From: Macrostomum lignano
Taxonomy: Eukaryota
DNA: 64,000 bases
Reading direction: 5' to 3'
NCBI GenBank assembly: GCA_002269645.1
Contig: NIVC01003697.1
Coordinates: 18,314 to 82,313 of the forward strand
Of this stretch, positions 47,323 through 58,959 are shown in pieces. The notes under the pieces are model-generated. The model ran no database searches, was not told where the DNA came from, and saw only the letters and a list, made by a program, of their open reading frames with translations. A program made the translations under genes and the position numbers. The stretch's first letter is position 1; each line of letters begins with the position of its first letter.

Positions 47323-48139
47323 TGGTACCACTTAGAGTACTTAGGCTGGGCACCCGAACCTACTCGGGTGACTACAAGTTTGTTTTGTTTTTTGGCCATT
47401 TTCATTGCATATTTCCACTACATTGACTTCTACCAGCGCTCCTTGAAATGCTTTTTTCATTACTATGCGAGCCTATGGGCGTCTATTTGTAGTTTGAATT
47501 TTTTAAATTTCAATATGTGCAGAAAAAGTCTTATAATTTCAATGGCTCTTCTGTTCAACTGCAAGTTTCGATCGCAAGTCGCCAAGCCTCAACTCCGCAG
47601 CCTTCTTTTAAATTTATAATAAAACTGCCTCAGTAACCAATAGCAATCGTAGCAAAAGAGTTCGAATGGCTAGAAAGTATGGGAATTATATTTGATGAGA
47701 AAGTTTGGACGCCTGCAAGCCAGTTTCATGATCGGACCCGGCTGTCGTGCATCCTTCGGCAGCTCCACCAGTGTTGCAGCTGTATCGCTGTCGCAGATCT
47801 TGGGAGCTGATCTCAGCAGTTTTCGTGGGAACCCGAAGTTCTTAGTGCAAACCAATTTCAGCCGGCTGAACTTTTCTAACTTTCACTTGTGCAAACAATT
47901 GAGCGTGGGAAGCACAATGAACTCCTGTTAAACTGGTCTTGCTGTCCTGGGCTGATCGGCTGATTGCTGATGTGCGTACTGCTGAGATCGTTGATGCTGC
48001 TGCTGCTGATGGTGCGAGCCGAGCAAGGTTGGGTGTCTTAGACAAAGGCTAGCGTCCGCAACGTTGGGGCCTGCTTCTTAACTTTGGTCCCCTCGCTCCA
48101 GGCTCACATTGGATCCTCTCGTTGCCGTCCAGCCTCGGC

Positions 48140-48470
48140 TAGGTGACACGACCAGGTGACACGACCAGGTGACACGACCAGGTAACACGACCAGGTGACA
48201 CGACCAGGTGACAGGACCAGGTGACACGACTAGGTGACACGACCAGGTGACACGACCAGGTGACACGACCAGGTGACACGACCAGGTGACACGACCAGGT
48301 GACACGTCCAGGTGACACGACCAGGTGACACGTCCAGGTGACACGACCAGGTGACACGTCCAGGTGACACGACCAGGTGACACGTCCAGGTGACACGACC
48401 AGGTGACACGTCCAGGTGACAGGTCCAGGTGACACGACCAGGTGACACGTACAGGTGACACGTCCAGGTG
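48140..48470. repeat. 13-bp minisatellite (CCAGGTGACACGA)n
   Basis: About 25 units. Confidence 0.97.
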
Positions 48471-49041
48471 CCCTAGCCTATCCCCGTTCCTAAACTCATG
48501 AGCATGTTCTTATGGCTCATACTTATTAATGCAGAGAACTGAGAATTCTCGTAAATTTCACGCGTACGAGCGTACCACTTAGAAAGCTTACTAGAAGGCT
48601 ATGCAAATTTATATTTTCTACAGTGTCGCGGTAGTCTCTTTGTATTTTACTCGTCAATTGCAACCGAGATTGTACGCGGCATTCACCTAAATAGACACAG
48701 CGCCGTGGGGTGGAGGGATATAGAGGATAGGGAATTGCTAGACGGTGAGAGAGGACTCAAAGTCCTACACTTCTGATCTGCACCCATCAGCACGCGGGGG
48801 ATGTTGAGTATCGTAGGCTAACGCAGACAGTGGTAAAAAACAAAAGCAATGATCCTCATAAAAATGAGAGAAGCAGATCAAAGTCAAGACGAAAAACAGT
48901 GCTTGACAGACCGAATTCACTTGCCGATCTGCCCTTAGACCGGAACTACAAGTGTAGCAGCCACTAGGGGAGACTGAGAAAGAAGCATTTGAGCTGCTGA
49001 CTCCACTGACGGGCACGCACAATGCAGCATAATTGAGTTGC

Positions 49042-50275
49042 CTATGGCAGATATACAGAACAAAAACCATCGTAAGTGGGAATAAAAATTTGCGACCCCA
49101 ATAAAAATAATGAAGTAAGTAAGAAGGCAGAACGAAATGATAGTAGCCATAGCCATAGCCATAGCCATAGCCAACATACTCGTACCAGCGCAAATTCAAG
49201 TCACACACAAAAGAAACCGCATCACAACAGTTGTGACAAGCGAATCAAATATATAATGAAAGAATAAAGTACATGCTGACATCTTACCCAAACTCCTACC
49301 TGATATCCACATCTCCTTGAAAGTTTTCGATGCTTGAGAATTTCCGAAGCAAACTGAATCACTGTGAGCTCACCCATCAGCTGGAAGAATCGAATCTCGC
49401 AGATGGTCAGGACGGATCCAGTCCGAGTCTGAACCCGCAGCACTCTGCCAGTGAGGCCGCAGCTCACATTGAAGACGGACTCGGGAGTCTCTGTGGAGTA
49501 GCTGGCGCACTGAACTCCGTCCATCAGCAGCTGGAAGTTCGCCAGCCTCTCCGGGCAGCAGTCGGCTCGATTCCACAGGGTGACGAAGTCGACTCGAGCT
49601 GGGGAGCCGAACTCGGCCTGCCACCAGGCTGCCGGGTCTGACCTGTTGGTAGCTGAGCAGCTGTCAGAGTTCCAGTACTGCGCTGTGCTGCCGTCGATGG
49701 CCCTGCCGCAGGGGGCGACAAGCGAATGTTCAGCGCTCTGTTGGCAGAAGTCTGGCATCAGCGGCTGCACAACTGGCTGCGTCATCAGTTGCGGCCTGCA
49801 ATCGAAAATTGACAATTGGCTTCTTCTGACTGGCAGGGTTTGCATTTGAGATCTCGGGAACAAAAGGTCACAGATTCGATCCCGCGTCGCTTTGGCCACA
49901 TGACGTTTGACGCACAGAATTGCTTTGATGAAGACAAACGGATAACTGAGATAAAAACAGAGTATGTACATGAAAGATGCAAAATTTGCGCCTGTGCACG
50001 AAGGAATTGTAAATATGGGTGCTCAGGGGGCAGCCGAATGACGTGCCTAAATAGGAAATAGCCTAACCAGCAGTTGTCTGACTGTCACCAGAAGTTGCAA
50101 CCTGTACCACTTTTTTTAAATTTGTTACTACGTGAATAAACCCCATGAAAAGCGGCCAGAACAATCCTACTGATGCAGATTTTATATCTCAGCAAACAGT
50201 TGGCATGCACAGATCGCACACCTGTGGCACTCACCAAACAGCTGGTAGTATTAAAGCAATCAATGTAAACTTCAT
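49042..50275 (-). CDS. F-type lectin gene 2, exons 50275-50235, 49795-49374, 49299-49288, 49178-49042; 203 aa
   Basis: Signal peptide MKFTLIALILPAVW.., an FTP domain nearly identical to gene 1, a 12-nt micro-exon, and a hydrophobic tail VC(WL)5LSFRSAFLLTSLFLLGSQIFIP. Phases are compatible (612 nt). Confidence 0.82.
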
Positions 50276-50520
50276 TTGATTTGAAATTACCTAAGCAAGA
50301 TTAAAAATCTAAACTCAATCTCACGAGAAATTCATTATCACACTGAGCAGTGCAGTGAATATATATATCCGTTCGATTGAGAAGATGAGCCACTTGCAGC
50401 TCAGCTCTCTTCGCTGGTGCTGATTAGTCCGGGGTGCGGTAAGTCCTGTAAAACAGCTTGTAGTTTGAAGTTCGCTTTGCTACCCATGAGTAGCAACCGA
50501 ATACTTTCAGCAATGATACC

Positions 50521-51039
50521 AAATCGTGATTAAAATCATGTAATCATGTAAAACCGTGATTAAAATCATGTAATCATCTGAAATCGTGATTAAAATCATG
50601 TAACCATCTGAAATCGTGATTAAAATCATGTCATCATGTGAAATCGTGATTAAAATCATGTAATCATGTGAAATCGTGATTAAAATCATGTAATCATGTG
50701 AAATCGTGATTAAAATCGTGTAATAATGTAAAATCGTGATTAAAATCATGTAATCATGTAAAATCGTGATTAAAATCATGTAATCATGTGAAATCGTGAT
50801 TAAAATCATGTAATCATGTAAAACCGTGATTAAAATCATGTAATCATGTGAAATCGTGATTAAAATCATGTAATCATGTGAAATCGTGATTAAAATCATG
50901 TAATCATGTGAAATCGTGATTAAAATCATGTAATCATGTGAAATCGTGATTAAAATCATGTAATCATGTGAAATCGTGATTAAAATCATGTAATCATGTG
51001 AAATCGTGATTAAAATCATGTAATCATGTGAAATCGTGA
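50521..51039. repeat. 30-bp minisatellite (AAATCGTGATTAAAATCATGTAATCATGTG)~17
   Basis: Tandem array upstream of the lectin 2 promoter. Confidence 0.97.
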
Positions 51040-51727
51040 ATCCATTATTTTACGAGCTAATTTTGTCAGCCACGGACGATACAATCGCTTTCAGAAAATT
51101 AGTTTGATATACTCAAATAAGTGTCAAAATGAGTGTCATGGACTCAAATAGAGTGAAAAGTAAAAAGTATTTTCCAGTGACTGATGAATTTACGCCATTC
51201 TAATAACAAGTTGTCTTTGGAAGGTGAAGCCTAATCACCGCACGAATTAAAAAAGTTCAAGACTCACATTAATAACTATTATCGTGTCGATAAAGAATAG
51301 TAAATCAGAATTAATACACCTATGAATATGCTAAAATACATAAGCTGCTGGCATGCATGTCATGCTGACGTACATGAAAGCTTTGATGCACTTCTAACAG
51401 CACCCAAAACGACTGCTCACCTGAACCTTACCCGTCAAGAGGTTCTGGAGCCAAATGAAATGCAAGCAGATGAACCTCCATAAACTCACCATCAGTCTGA
51501 GTTCGCAGGGAGTGGCTTAAGTAGTCTTTTAGGCGAACACCAGGAGTACACAGGTGACGTCACTGCTATACCTTCGATTTGTGCGATTTAAGCTGGTGGA
51601 CTCAGCTGTGTTTTAACCAGTTTCTTAAAGAGAATTGAACAGCTGAGATTCTTTGTTTAATGATCACCGTGTTTCTTATTCAAAGTTAAAATGAAAAGCT
51701 TGATAATCTGCAACTAGCGCGACTCAC

Positions 51728-52120
51728 CCATCAGCTGGAAGAATCGAATCTCGCAGATGGTCAGGACGGATCCAGTCCGGGTCTGAACCCGCAGCACTCT
51801 GCCAGTGAGGCCGCAGCTCACATTGAAGACGGACTCGGGAGTCTCTGTGGAGTAGCTGGCGCACTGAACTCCGTCCATCAGCAGCTGGAAGTTCGCCAGC
51901 CTCTCCGGGCAGCAGTCGGCTCGATTCCACAGTGTGACGAAGTCGACTCGAGCTGGGGAGCCGAGCTCGGCCTGCCACCAGGCTGCCGGGTCTTGAGACG
52001 CTGGTAGCTGAGCAGCTGCCGGAGCGCCAACGCTGCTTAGTGTTGCCAACGATGGGATGAAGGTCGAGCTCTGCTGGCGAGAGTCGGCATCAAAGCGGGA
52101 TACGTCACGGCTGCTGCAAG
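51728..52120 (-). pseudogene. F-type lectin copy 3 (frameshifted FTP exon)
   Basis: The 3' two-thirds is nearly identical to gene 2. The 5' part has frameshifts and a deletion (IVGNTKQRWRSGSCSAT in a different frame). Confidence 0.8.
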
Positions 52121-52859
52121 GAGCAGCTGCAGCGTGCGGGAAAGGACCAGGACTTCAAGCTCTCACCGGTTTTTGTTCAAATAGTTACTCACCAACAGGT
52201 GGCCTACGAGTACAGGTTCTTTATTTCAAAGGAATCAGAGCGATTGGACTAAATAAGTAAAGGGATCAAAGAAATCATGGTACAAGCATGGGTGAATAAT
52301 CCTATTCAAAAATCCTATTAGATTAATACTATTCATCCGTGGGTACAAGATACATCTAATTGTCTCGGCCCCTGGATACTGGGTTCAAACAGGGAACACT
52401 CGTCTGCTTTTTTTAGAAGCACTCAGTTGCTTTTTAGTTGGCTGGCATCAATCACAAAGTTCTGACAATCCGCACGCATTCATTTAAAGATAATTGCTGT
52501 AAGTCCATTAGAAACTGTTTGTACGCAGTTGAAATGTTTCGGTCATGAACTACTTTCAGGCTCCCTAAATTTCACGCTTTCTACAAAGAAGTTGCGCGGG
52601 AATTTTCATTAAGCCAACCCAGCAACTGTCAAGGTACTTTCATATCCGAACTAAAGGAAGACCTTTTAATGAGTGCCAACAACAAAAATGACTGCCAACA
52701 ACAACATTTGGTGCATGTGTCTTGAGAAAACAGCGTCGCAGATCGCGGGCCAGGTCGTGCAAAAAGGCCCCGCCGCTGACCGAATCAGGAAGAGGGCGGA
52801 GGAAGAGGGTGGAAGAAGAGGGTGGAGGAAGAGGGCGGAGGAAGAGGGCGGGTGGAGAA

Positions 52860-55800
52860 TGTTGTAAAGTGAGTTTACTCACTGGGTTGTTTTGCTAGTC
52901 GGTGTTTGGGGGTCAAGGGATCCGATGTACATGCGCGCTCTGTTTGTATATGTACATGCGTTCTCGAGTAAATATAAGAATAGCTCCACCCTTTGGGTGA
53001 GGGTTTGAATTTTGTTTGTTGGACTAAACCTGACTGACTTGTCTCTCGCTCACCACATTTTGGCGTCGCGCGGAGAAATCAATTGATTTGGGCCAGCGTG
53101 ATTCAGCACAAGCGCGAACTCTAAAATCTGCCAAGTCATGAGCAGCACAGAAGGCGCAAATGCAAGTGCAATGGGCGACCCACAGCGAGGATCCCAACAA
53201 GCAGCAGCCCAACAGTCAAGCAGAGATGCAGCCAACAGAATGAGTGTCAACATTTCGCCACCGCAGCCGTTTCTGCCAGCCGCTGGAGCACCGCTGATTG
53301 AATGGAACCGATGGAAAGCAATGTTCAGCAATTACCTGCTAGCATCGGGAGCCATCGATCTGCCGGAGCAAAGAAAACAAGCGTTGCTCATCCACTGTTT
53401 GGGTGCAGAGGGACAAAACATCTACATGTCTCTACAGGCCAGCAGCGATCAGGAGGAAGGAGAGCAACCGCCATCAACAGTTGATGACACGCTGAAGCTC
53501 CTGGACATGCACTTCGGACCCAAAGTCAACGTAGTTGCTGAGAGGCACAGATTCCGACAGAGAGCTCAGCGACCGAGCGAAAAGATCAGCGACTTCGTTG
53601 CCGCGCTGCGAAACCTGGCTTCGAACTGCGACTTCAAGACCTTCCAGGAGGAGATGCTGCGTGACCAGCTCGTCGAGAAAGTGCTCAGCAACCACATCAG
53701 GGAGCGACTGCTTATGGAGCCGGAGCTGACCTTGGCGACAGCTGTGCAGTTGGCGGAGCGACTGGAAACTGGACTGCTGGAGGCCCAGGCCATCAAGGGA
53801 GGCAGCCACACAGACCCAAACAGCTCGTGTGGAGTCCAGCAGATCAGCAAGGCCAAGAACAGTGGAGCAGTGGCAAGACAGCATGAGGCACTGAAGTCGA
53901 CAACCGACGGCCGGAGCTGCGGCTACTGTGGCTCAGCGGCGCATGTCGGTGGACAGACCTGCCCAGCAAAGGGGCAGAAGTGCAAGTCCTGCGGCAAGCG
54001 CGGGCACTTCGCCAGAGTCTGCAGGAGCGGCAACCGAGTGCGACAGCTTCAGGATGAGTACTCCATCTGCACTGTGTCGACAGCTGCGGCAGCAAGCAAG
54101 CACTGCGAAGTGCTGCTAAACGGGAGGCCTGTCAAGCTGCTCGTTGACTCCGGTTCGCGAGTCTCCATCATCACCAAGACGACGTACAATAGACTTCTGT
54201 CCAACGTGCCCCTGCAGGCGTCATCACGGAAGCTGGTCGCTTTCAACGGCAGCAAGATCGGCGTGCTTGGTGACATCCTGACCTCGGTGCAGCTCAAGGA
54301 CAAAGTAGTGCCTTACGTCAACCTTAGCGTGGTCAATACCGGATCTGACATCCTGGGGTGCGACCTCATGGATCAGCTGGGACTGTGGATCGTCACTGCA
54401 GACGGTGAGCGAGTGCAGACAGTCGGCACCAGAGCCCTGCCTGACTGGATCCCAGGCCGGTTCGACCAGTTGACTCAGGGACTCGGACACATCAAAGGAT
54501 TTCAGCACAGGCCGCGAGTCAACCCCGCGGTGCAACCGACTGCTCAACCGTTGCGCAGAGTGCCGCTCAGCCTAAGAGATTCGGTTCAAAAGGAGATCGA
54601 CCAGCTGCTGCAGCAAGGCATCATCGACGCCTCAGACTGGGTGTCAAACCTAGTCGTGGTGCCAAAGGCGAACGGCTCGATCCGGATCTGCAACGACCTG
54701 AGAGGCCCAAACAAGAGCATCATACCGGACAGATACCCACTTCCGACCTTTGAGGAGCTCTCCGCCGAGTTTGCCGGGTCGCGATGCTTCTCCAAGTTGG
54801 ACCTGAATTCGTCTTACCTGCAACTGGAGTTGTCTGAGGACTGCAGAAATCTGACCACGTTCGTGACGGAGCGAGGCCTATATCGATATCGGAGGGTGTG
54901 CTTCGGCCTGAGTAGTGCACCGGCTGCGTTCCAGAAGGTGATGGCTAAGATCCTCAGTGGCATCAAAGGCGCAGTGCACTTTATTGACGACATCGTAGTG
55001 CACGCGGCATCAAGAGAAGAGCACGACAAGCGCCTGTTCAAGGTGCTGCAAGCTCTGATGACGCACAACGTGACTATCAATACGGCCAAGTGCACCTGGC
55101 GCCAGGACAAGGTCAACTTCCTAGGCTATGAGCTGAGCGCTTCTGGAGTCCGCCCGTTGCAGTCACACGTCGAAGCTATCGAGAAGGTACAGCCGCCAAC
55201 GAACACCAAGGAAGTGGCTGCGTTTCTAGGCGTCGTGAAGTACTTCGGCAACTTCATTCCCAGCCTCTCCAGCACGGCGGAGCCCCTCATGAAACTGCTG
55301 AGGAAGGACGAGTCGTGGAAGTGGACCAGTGAGTGCCAGCAGGCTTTTGAGCAGCTGACGACAGGAGTGTGCAAGCCACCTTGCCTCAAGTTTTTCGACG
55401 CAGATCAGCCGATCATCGTCAGCTGCGACAGCTCAGCATCAGCTCTCGGTGCGATGCTCCTCCAGCAAGACTCCGACGGCCAGTGGCGCCCGGTTGCCTT
55501 TGCGAGCCGAACTCTGAGTGCTACGGAGCGCCGCTACTCGGCGAGCGAGAGGGAAGCCCTGGCCTGCATCTTCGCCTGTGAGCGCTGGAACTTCTTCCTT
55601 TACGGCCGACGGTTCGAGCTCCACACCGATCACCAGGCTCTCACCACGCTGCTGTCATCATCTGGGAGCGGACACCGGCCACTCAGACTGCATCGCTGGG
55701 CTGATCGTTTGTTAAACTACTCCTTCACCGTCAAGTACGTCCCGGGTGCCAAGAACATCGTGCCCGACTTTCTGTCGCGCTGCCAGGACACGGCCGAGCC

Positions 55801-57458
55801 GACGGAAGGCGATGAAACAGACGGTCTGGAAGTCCAAAGAGTGCTCCTGGCCGAGGCGCTGACCGTGGTCACCGAGGACGAGCTGGCGGAGGCAACGTCA
55901 AAGGACGAGCTCCTGGCACGAGTCGCAGAGTTCACAGTTTCCGGTTGGCCAGACAAGAAAAAGCTCGATGAGCGCCTGCTGCCCTACTGGAGTGTTAGGA
56001 ACGAGCTGACTGTTTGGAGCAACGGCAGGTGCTTGGCCATGGGAACTCGTGCCGTCATACCGGAAGAACTGCGCCAGCGAGTGCTCGACTTAGCGCATCA
56101 AGGTCACAAGGGAGTCAGCAGGACCAAGCATCACTGCCGAGACACCGCCTGGTGGCCCAAAATGGACAGCGACATCGAGAGGTTCGTCAGCAGCTGCTCT
56201 GCGTGCATCATCAGTGAGAAGAGCTTCAAGCCGCATCGGACAGTGCTGACCCCGACCAAGTGGCCGAAGGAACCGTGGACAGAGCTGCAGATCGACTTGT
56301 TCGGAGAGCTGCACGAGGGTGCACCACAGAACTGCCGTTTCATACTCGGTGTACATGACCTGCATTCAAAGTGGCCCGAACTGGTCTGCCTCTCTTCAGC
56401 GACGTCTGCGACTATCATCAAGAGTCTCACGGCGCTGTTTTGTCGCTGGGGCATTCCGCGCGTAATCACCACCGATGGAGGACCCCAGTTCATCTCCCAG
56501 GAGTTCAACGACTTCCTAAAGGCGTACGGCATCAATCATCGTCAGACTCCGTTCTACCACCCTCAAGGAAATTCCGGAGTGGAGCGCCTGAACCGCGTAG
56601 TCAAAGAGGGCTTGAAGAGCCACCTTCAAGACGGCTACTCGTTCCTGGAAGCGGTGCAGTCCATCCTGTGGGTGTACCGATCGACACCGCATGCGCTGAC
56701 CGGCGTGACGCCAGCGGAGCTGATGCTCGGCCGCAAGATCACCACGCCGCTGTGGACGCTGCAGCCGAAGCGAGCGACTCGAGAGCACCCACTGGCCGAT
56801 CAGATCCAGGAGCGGCAAAGACGGCAGTTCAAGCGGCTCAACAGATCCCGGCAGCCGCCGCGCCAATTCCGGGTCGGCGACCTGGTGCGAGTGCGATCTC
56901 CGCGGATGCGAGGCAAGCTGCAGAGCCACGTGTCACCACCTCTACGGGTCAGCGACATCATCAGCCCGACGATCGTCAGGTTAGAGGACGGCTCAAGGTG
57001 GCACACCAGCCTCTGTATGCCTCATGCGGAGCCCGAGGGTGCCAGCACGACTTCGGCAACGGCAATGCCGCCACAGCCGCCAGTGGCTGCAGAGCCGGCA
57101 GCGCCAGAAGGCCCGACGGACCCGCCGCCGGCGACCGTTGAGGCCGACGCGGAGCTGCGGCGCAGTACGCGACTGCGGGCACCACCGTTGTGGTACGGCC
57201 AGGTCGTGACGCATTGATTGCCAGCTGTGAAGGGAATTAGTGACTGTTAAGGAGGGTGAATGTTGTAAAGTGAGTTTACTCACTGGGTTGTTTTGCTAGT
57301 CGGTGTTTGGGGGTCAAGGGATCCGATGTACATGCGCGCTCTGTTTGTATATGTACATGCGTTCTCGAGTAAATATAAGAATAGCTCCACCCTTTGGGTG
57401 AGGGTTTGAATTTTGTTTGTTGGACTAAACCTGACTGACTTGTCTCTCGCTCACCACA
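52860..57458 (+). mobile_element. Intact Ty3/Gypsy (Mag-like) LTR retrotransposon, 4.6 kb
   Basis: 198-bp LTRs at 52860-53057 and 57261-57458, identical by eye. 5-bp TSD GAGAA. PBS TGGCGTCGC and PPT AAGGAGGGTGAA. Confidence 0.97.
53138..57217 (+). CDS. Gag-Pol polyprotein, single ORF of 1359 aa
   Basis: Gag with two zinc knuckles, PR LVDSGS, RT FIDD, RNase H CDSS..EREAL, and integrase H..H..C..C / IDLF / TDGGPQF / VERLN. Confidence 0.96.
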   Translation: MSSTEGANASAMGDPQRGSQQAAAQQSSRDAANRMSVNISPPQPFLPAAGAPLIEWNRWKAMFSNYLLASGAIDLPEQRKQALLIHCLGAEGQNIYMSLQASSDQEEGEQPPSTVDDTLKLLDMHFGPKVNVVAERHRFRQRAQRPSEKISDFVAALRNLASNCDFKTFQEEMLRDQLVEKVLSNHIRERLLMEPELTLATAVQLAERLETGLLEAQAIKGGSHTDPNSSCGVQQISKAKNSGAVARQHEALKSTTDGRSCGYCGSAAHVGGQTCPAKGQKCKSCGKRGHFARVCRSGNRVRQLQDEYSICTVSTAAAASKHCEVLLNGRPVKLLVDSGSRVSIITKTTYNRLLSNVPLQASSRKLVAFNGSKIGVLGDILTSVQLKDKVVPYVNLSVVNTGSDILGCDLMDQLGLWIVTADGERVQTVGTRALPDWIPGRFDQLTQGLGHIKGFQHRPRVNPAVQPTAQPLRRVPLSLRDSVQKEIDQLLQQGIIDASDWVSNLVVVPKANGSIRICNDLRGPNKSIIPDRYPLPTFEELSAEFAGSRCFSKLDLNSSYLQLELSEDCRNLTTFVTERGLYRYRRVCFGLSSAPAAFQKVMAKILSGIKGAVHFIDDIVVHAASREEHDKRLFKVLQALMTHNVTINTAKCTWRQDKVNFLGYELSASGVRPLQSHVEAIEKVQPPTNTKEVAAFLGVVKYFGNFIPSLSSTAEPLMKLLRKDESWKWTSECQQAFEQLTTGVCKPPCLKFFDADQPIIVSCDSSASALGAMLLQQDSDGQWRPVAFASRTLSATERRYSASEREALACIFACERWNFFLYGRRFELHTDHQALTTLLSSSGSGHRPLRLHRWADRLLNYSFTVKYVPGAKNIVPDFLSRCQDTAEPTEGDETDGLEVQRVLLAEALTVVTEDELAEATSKDELLARVAEFTVSGWPDKKKLDERLLPYWSVRNELTVWSNGRCLAMGTRAVIPEELRQRVLDLAHQGHKGVSRTKHHCRDTAWWPKMDSDIERFVSSCSACIISEKSFKPHRTVLTPTKWPKEPWTELQIDLFGELHEGAPQNCRFILGVHDLHSKWPELVCLSSATSATIIKSLTALFCRWGIPRVITTDGGPQFISQEFNDFLKAYGINHRQTPFYHPQGNSGVERLNRVVKEGLKSHLQDGYSFLEAVQSILWVYRSTPHALTGVTPAELMLGRKITTPLWTLQPKRATREHPLADQIQERQRRQFKRLNRSRQPPRQFRVGDLVRVRSPRMRGKLQSHVSPPLRVSDIISPTIVRLEDGSRWHTSLCMPHAEPEGASTTSATAMPPQPPVAAEPAAPEGPTDPPPATVEADAELRRSTRLRAPPLWYGQVVTH

Positions 57459-57860
57459 GAGAAGGCGGGTGGAGAGGGCGGAGGAAGAGGGCGGGTGGAG
57501 AGGGTGGAGGAAGAGGGCGGGTGGAGAGGGCGGGTGGAGAGGACGGAGGAAGAGGGTGGAGGAAGAGGGTGGAGGAAGAGGGTGGAGGAAGAGGGCGGGT
57601 GGAGAGGGTGGAGGAAGAGGGCGGAGGAAGAGGGTGGAGGAAGAGGGTGGAGGAAGAGGGCGGGTGGAGAGGGCGGGTGGAGAGGGCGGAGGAAGAGGGC
57701 GGGTGGAGAGGGTGGAGGTAGAGGGCGGGTGGAGAGGGCGGAGGAAGAGGGCGGGTGGAGAGGGTGGAGGAAGAGGGTGGAGGTAGAGGGCGGGTGGAGA
57801 GGGCGGAGGAAGAGGGCGGAGGAAGAGAGCGGAGGTAGAGGGCGGGTTGAGAGGGAGGTG
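57459..57860. repeat. Purine-rich (GAGGGCGGAGGAAGAGGGTGG-type) repeat, also at 52783-52859
   Basis: Almost exclusively G/A on the + strand. The array is split by the Gypsy insertion. Confidence 0.93.
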
Positions 57861-58269
57861 TGAATAAGGCGCTAGTCTGACTCTCCCAGAGAAATCCTGA
57901 TAGAAGATAGTCGTAGTTGTCTGAAACTAACTGGCAAAAATTTATTAGCCAGGGTTTAACAAATGCAATTTAATCCTTCCGTTAGCTGTTCCTTCATAGC
58001 TCGTACAGAGTTGACAACCGCCACCCCCCTCGGAATGAACTTTCAAAAGGTTTGTGTTTATTGAGACCTGTTAGCCAATGAGGGGGGACTGAGTGGAAGC
58101 CAGCATCCCCATTACTTTAATGACAAAAACATATTCTGCAAAATAAAGCTGCTCAGGCTATCAAAACGTCAACAACCAGACAGGACTTTTAGGGCTTTTG
58201 AATCAGCTGACATAATAACGCAGTTTTTATTCACTGCAAATATTTTAGCAAAAGGTAGGTGATCAATTT

Positions 58270-58870
58270 TATCTGCATGAATATTCAGTGGGCCGGTACT
58301 TCTGTATGTACCCTCGTATTGGACCGTGTCGAGCAGAAGGCTGCCAGGATCCTTGGTGACTCCTTCAAGGCTCCATACAGCCTTAGCACTCGCAGAACTG
58401 TTGCTGGACTGGCTTGTGTCCATAGACTTCTGCGGGGTCAACTTCAGCAGCTCCTCCCTTCTTTTGCTCCACAGTCGCACCATCAGGTCTCCGCTCTAAC
58501 AGCAAACAGCACACTTTTGCTTCCTTTCTTTTCCACATACTGTGCTGAATGTGGAATGCTGAACCTCCCATGGTTGCGAGACTTTCCCTACTGGATAACT
58601 TGGTCATCTCGACAGCTCTTTCTTCAACAGCCCAGAGCCTTTCCATTGTTTGAAATAGGTTGGCCTTTTCATCACGGGCTCCTCGGTCACACTACCACTT
58701 CAATTGTCATTCACTCCAAGGGCCTTAATACTCGTAATAAGTACCTTTTCAGCCTTGAAAAGGTTGAAAAGGTTCCCTGCATTTCTTACATTCATGCAGC
58801 CGACTCCAGCAGGCTTTCTGGTTTCTTCCAACAGCAGTCCAGCCTTCTCCACTACTGTCTCACCGCGTTC
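58270..58870. mobile_element. Degenerate non-LTR retrotransposon fragments
   Basis: The + strand gives LDRVEQKAARIL..SL..RR.VAGL..VHR (LINE RT C-terminus-like). The - strand gives weaker endonuclease-like words (CMNVRNAG, GKKGSKSVLFAV). Confidence 0.5.
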
Positions 58871-58959
58871 AGCTCACCGCGACTGAAGCCGCTTCATCCG
58901 AGCGTACCTGGCGGTTGAGCCGCGAGAGCCTCTCCGACTACGAGGCCGTGATGGTCGGT

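Noticed and set aside
3151-57283. Long antisense or overlapping ORFs inside the Gypsy and BEL elements (for example 3151-3645, 15126-15776, 56371-57141)
   Set aside because: These are expected shadows of GC-rich coding sequence and contain no recognisable motifs.
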